Assembly (NCBI GenBank): GCA_964572695.1
Contig: CAZNFS010000003.1
Location: forward strand, 1-45,534
Source of the DNA: an uncultured Desulfobacteraceae bacterium
GTDB taxonomy: Bacteria > Desulfobacterota > Desulfobacteria > Desulfobacterales > CAZHA01
DNA length: 45,534 nt
Direction: 5' to 3'
Within the stretch, counting starts at the first letter, position 1. Every line of letters starts with the position of its first letter. The translations under genes and the position numbers were made by a program. Below are positions 45,061 to 45,534 of the stretch, piece by piece. Below the pieces are notes generated by a model that saw only the letters and a program-made list of their open reading frames with translations, ran no database searches and was not told where the DNA came from.

Positions 45061-45327
45061 AAATAGAGTGAAATTGAGAGTGAATTCAATTCGAAACTCC
45101 TTACCTTAATCGCGCAAAGCTGACGGCCGGAAATCAATCGAAGCGCACGGGCCTCCGGCGCCGAAAGATTTACACAACATTGCCCATCAAGCCCCTGAGC
45201 CCCAAAGTGCCCACCAATTTCCAATTCCTTATAAATGCCAAGCGCTTGCTCCAAAAAAATGGGATTCTGGATCGAAGCGGCCGTGAGGAAACCGATGTTA
45301 TGCAGGCGCCATTCTCCTCAGAGCGTT
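45061..45327 (-). pseudogene. internally deleted relic (copy B) of the MarR-permease module
   Basis: Track ORF 45051..45254 is chimeric. ...HFGAQGLDGQCCVNLSAPEARALRLISGRQLCA comes from the MarR middle and is joined directly to ...VRSFELNSLSISLYFF, the permease 5' end. The upstream 45232-45327 matches the MarR promoter-upstream block. Confidence 0.75.
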
Positions 45328-45534
45328 CATCACATTTGTTGAAATACCATTGATCCCTGGGGCGCAGTCCCCATTCAAGGGCTTTGAACTTTTCCTGGTC
45401 CGTTTTGCCTGCCAACCGCAAGGCCCATGCCAGGGCAAGATCCATGTTGTAGTGTTTGGCAATGTATTCCATGTCCCGACCCTGGGCAATTAAATTACCA
45501 ATATCACCAAATTTGGTATTATTGGTAATTTGCG
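45323..45534 (-). pseudogene. 5' part of a gene (possibly a DNA-methyltransferase-associated N-terminal region) truncated at the repeat boundary; extends beyond the window
   Basis: The frame is open from the window edge: ...GDIGNLIAQGRDMEYIAKHYNMDLALAWALRLAGKTDQEKFKALEWGLRPRDQWYFNKCDER. It then runs into repeat block B3. The W-x-F-x2-CDER(FG) resemblance to methylase N-termini is from memory only. Confidence 0.3.

Overview
45.5-kb bacterial window. The gene content looks like an anaerobic, sulfate-reducer-type Deltaproteobacterium/Desulfobacterota. That is an inference from the Hdr/Nuo-type redox modules, the sigma-54 regulators and a UGA-selenocysteine gene. Layout: (1) 66-6524, minus strand: MFS exporter, small Cys-rich protein plus kinase-like protein, metallo-aminopeptidase lipoprotein, alpha/beta hydrolase, two glycosyltransferases. 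(2) 6871-15670, plus-strand redox operon: cytochrome b/HdrC fusion, HdrB-like protein, a 133-codon HdrA N-terminal gene with an in-frame TGA (absent from the ORF track), NuoE-like, NuoF-like, and a 1078-aa NuoG-N/HdrA fusion. (3) 15681-26744, minus strand: a REC-Cys4-REC protein behind a near-consensus sigma-54 promoter, an NtrC-type activator, a PAS histidine kinase, an RND pump with adaptor and outer-membrane factor, and TetR. A second sigma-54 promoter and a palindromic operator lie upstream of tetR. (4) 27100-28820: MarR regulator, ArsP-type permease and a small ORF. (5) 28.9-45.0 kb: an AT-rich scarred stretch (orphan AAA ATPase, cytochrome/TPR pseudogene), then a 13-kb plus-strand catabolic locus. 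That locus holds a Dpp/Opp-type ABC importer, an AstE/AspA-type deacylase, an HcnABC/opine-oxidase-like three-component dehydrogenase, an MmgE/PrpD protein, an SDR and a GntR regulator. (6) 45061-45327: an internally deleted relic copy of the MarR-permease module, in direct orientation to the intact copy, abutting a truncated gene at the window edge. I recognised no rRNA, tRNA, CRISPR array, transposase or integrase. All family calls come from reading motifs by eye; no database search or folding program was run.
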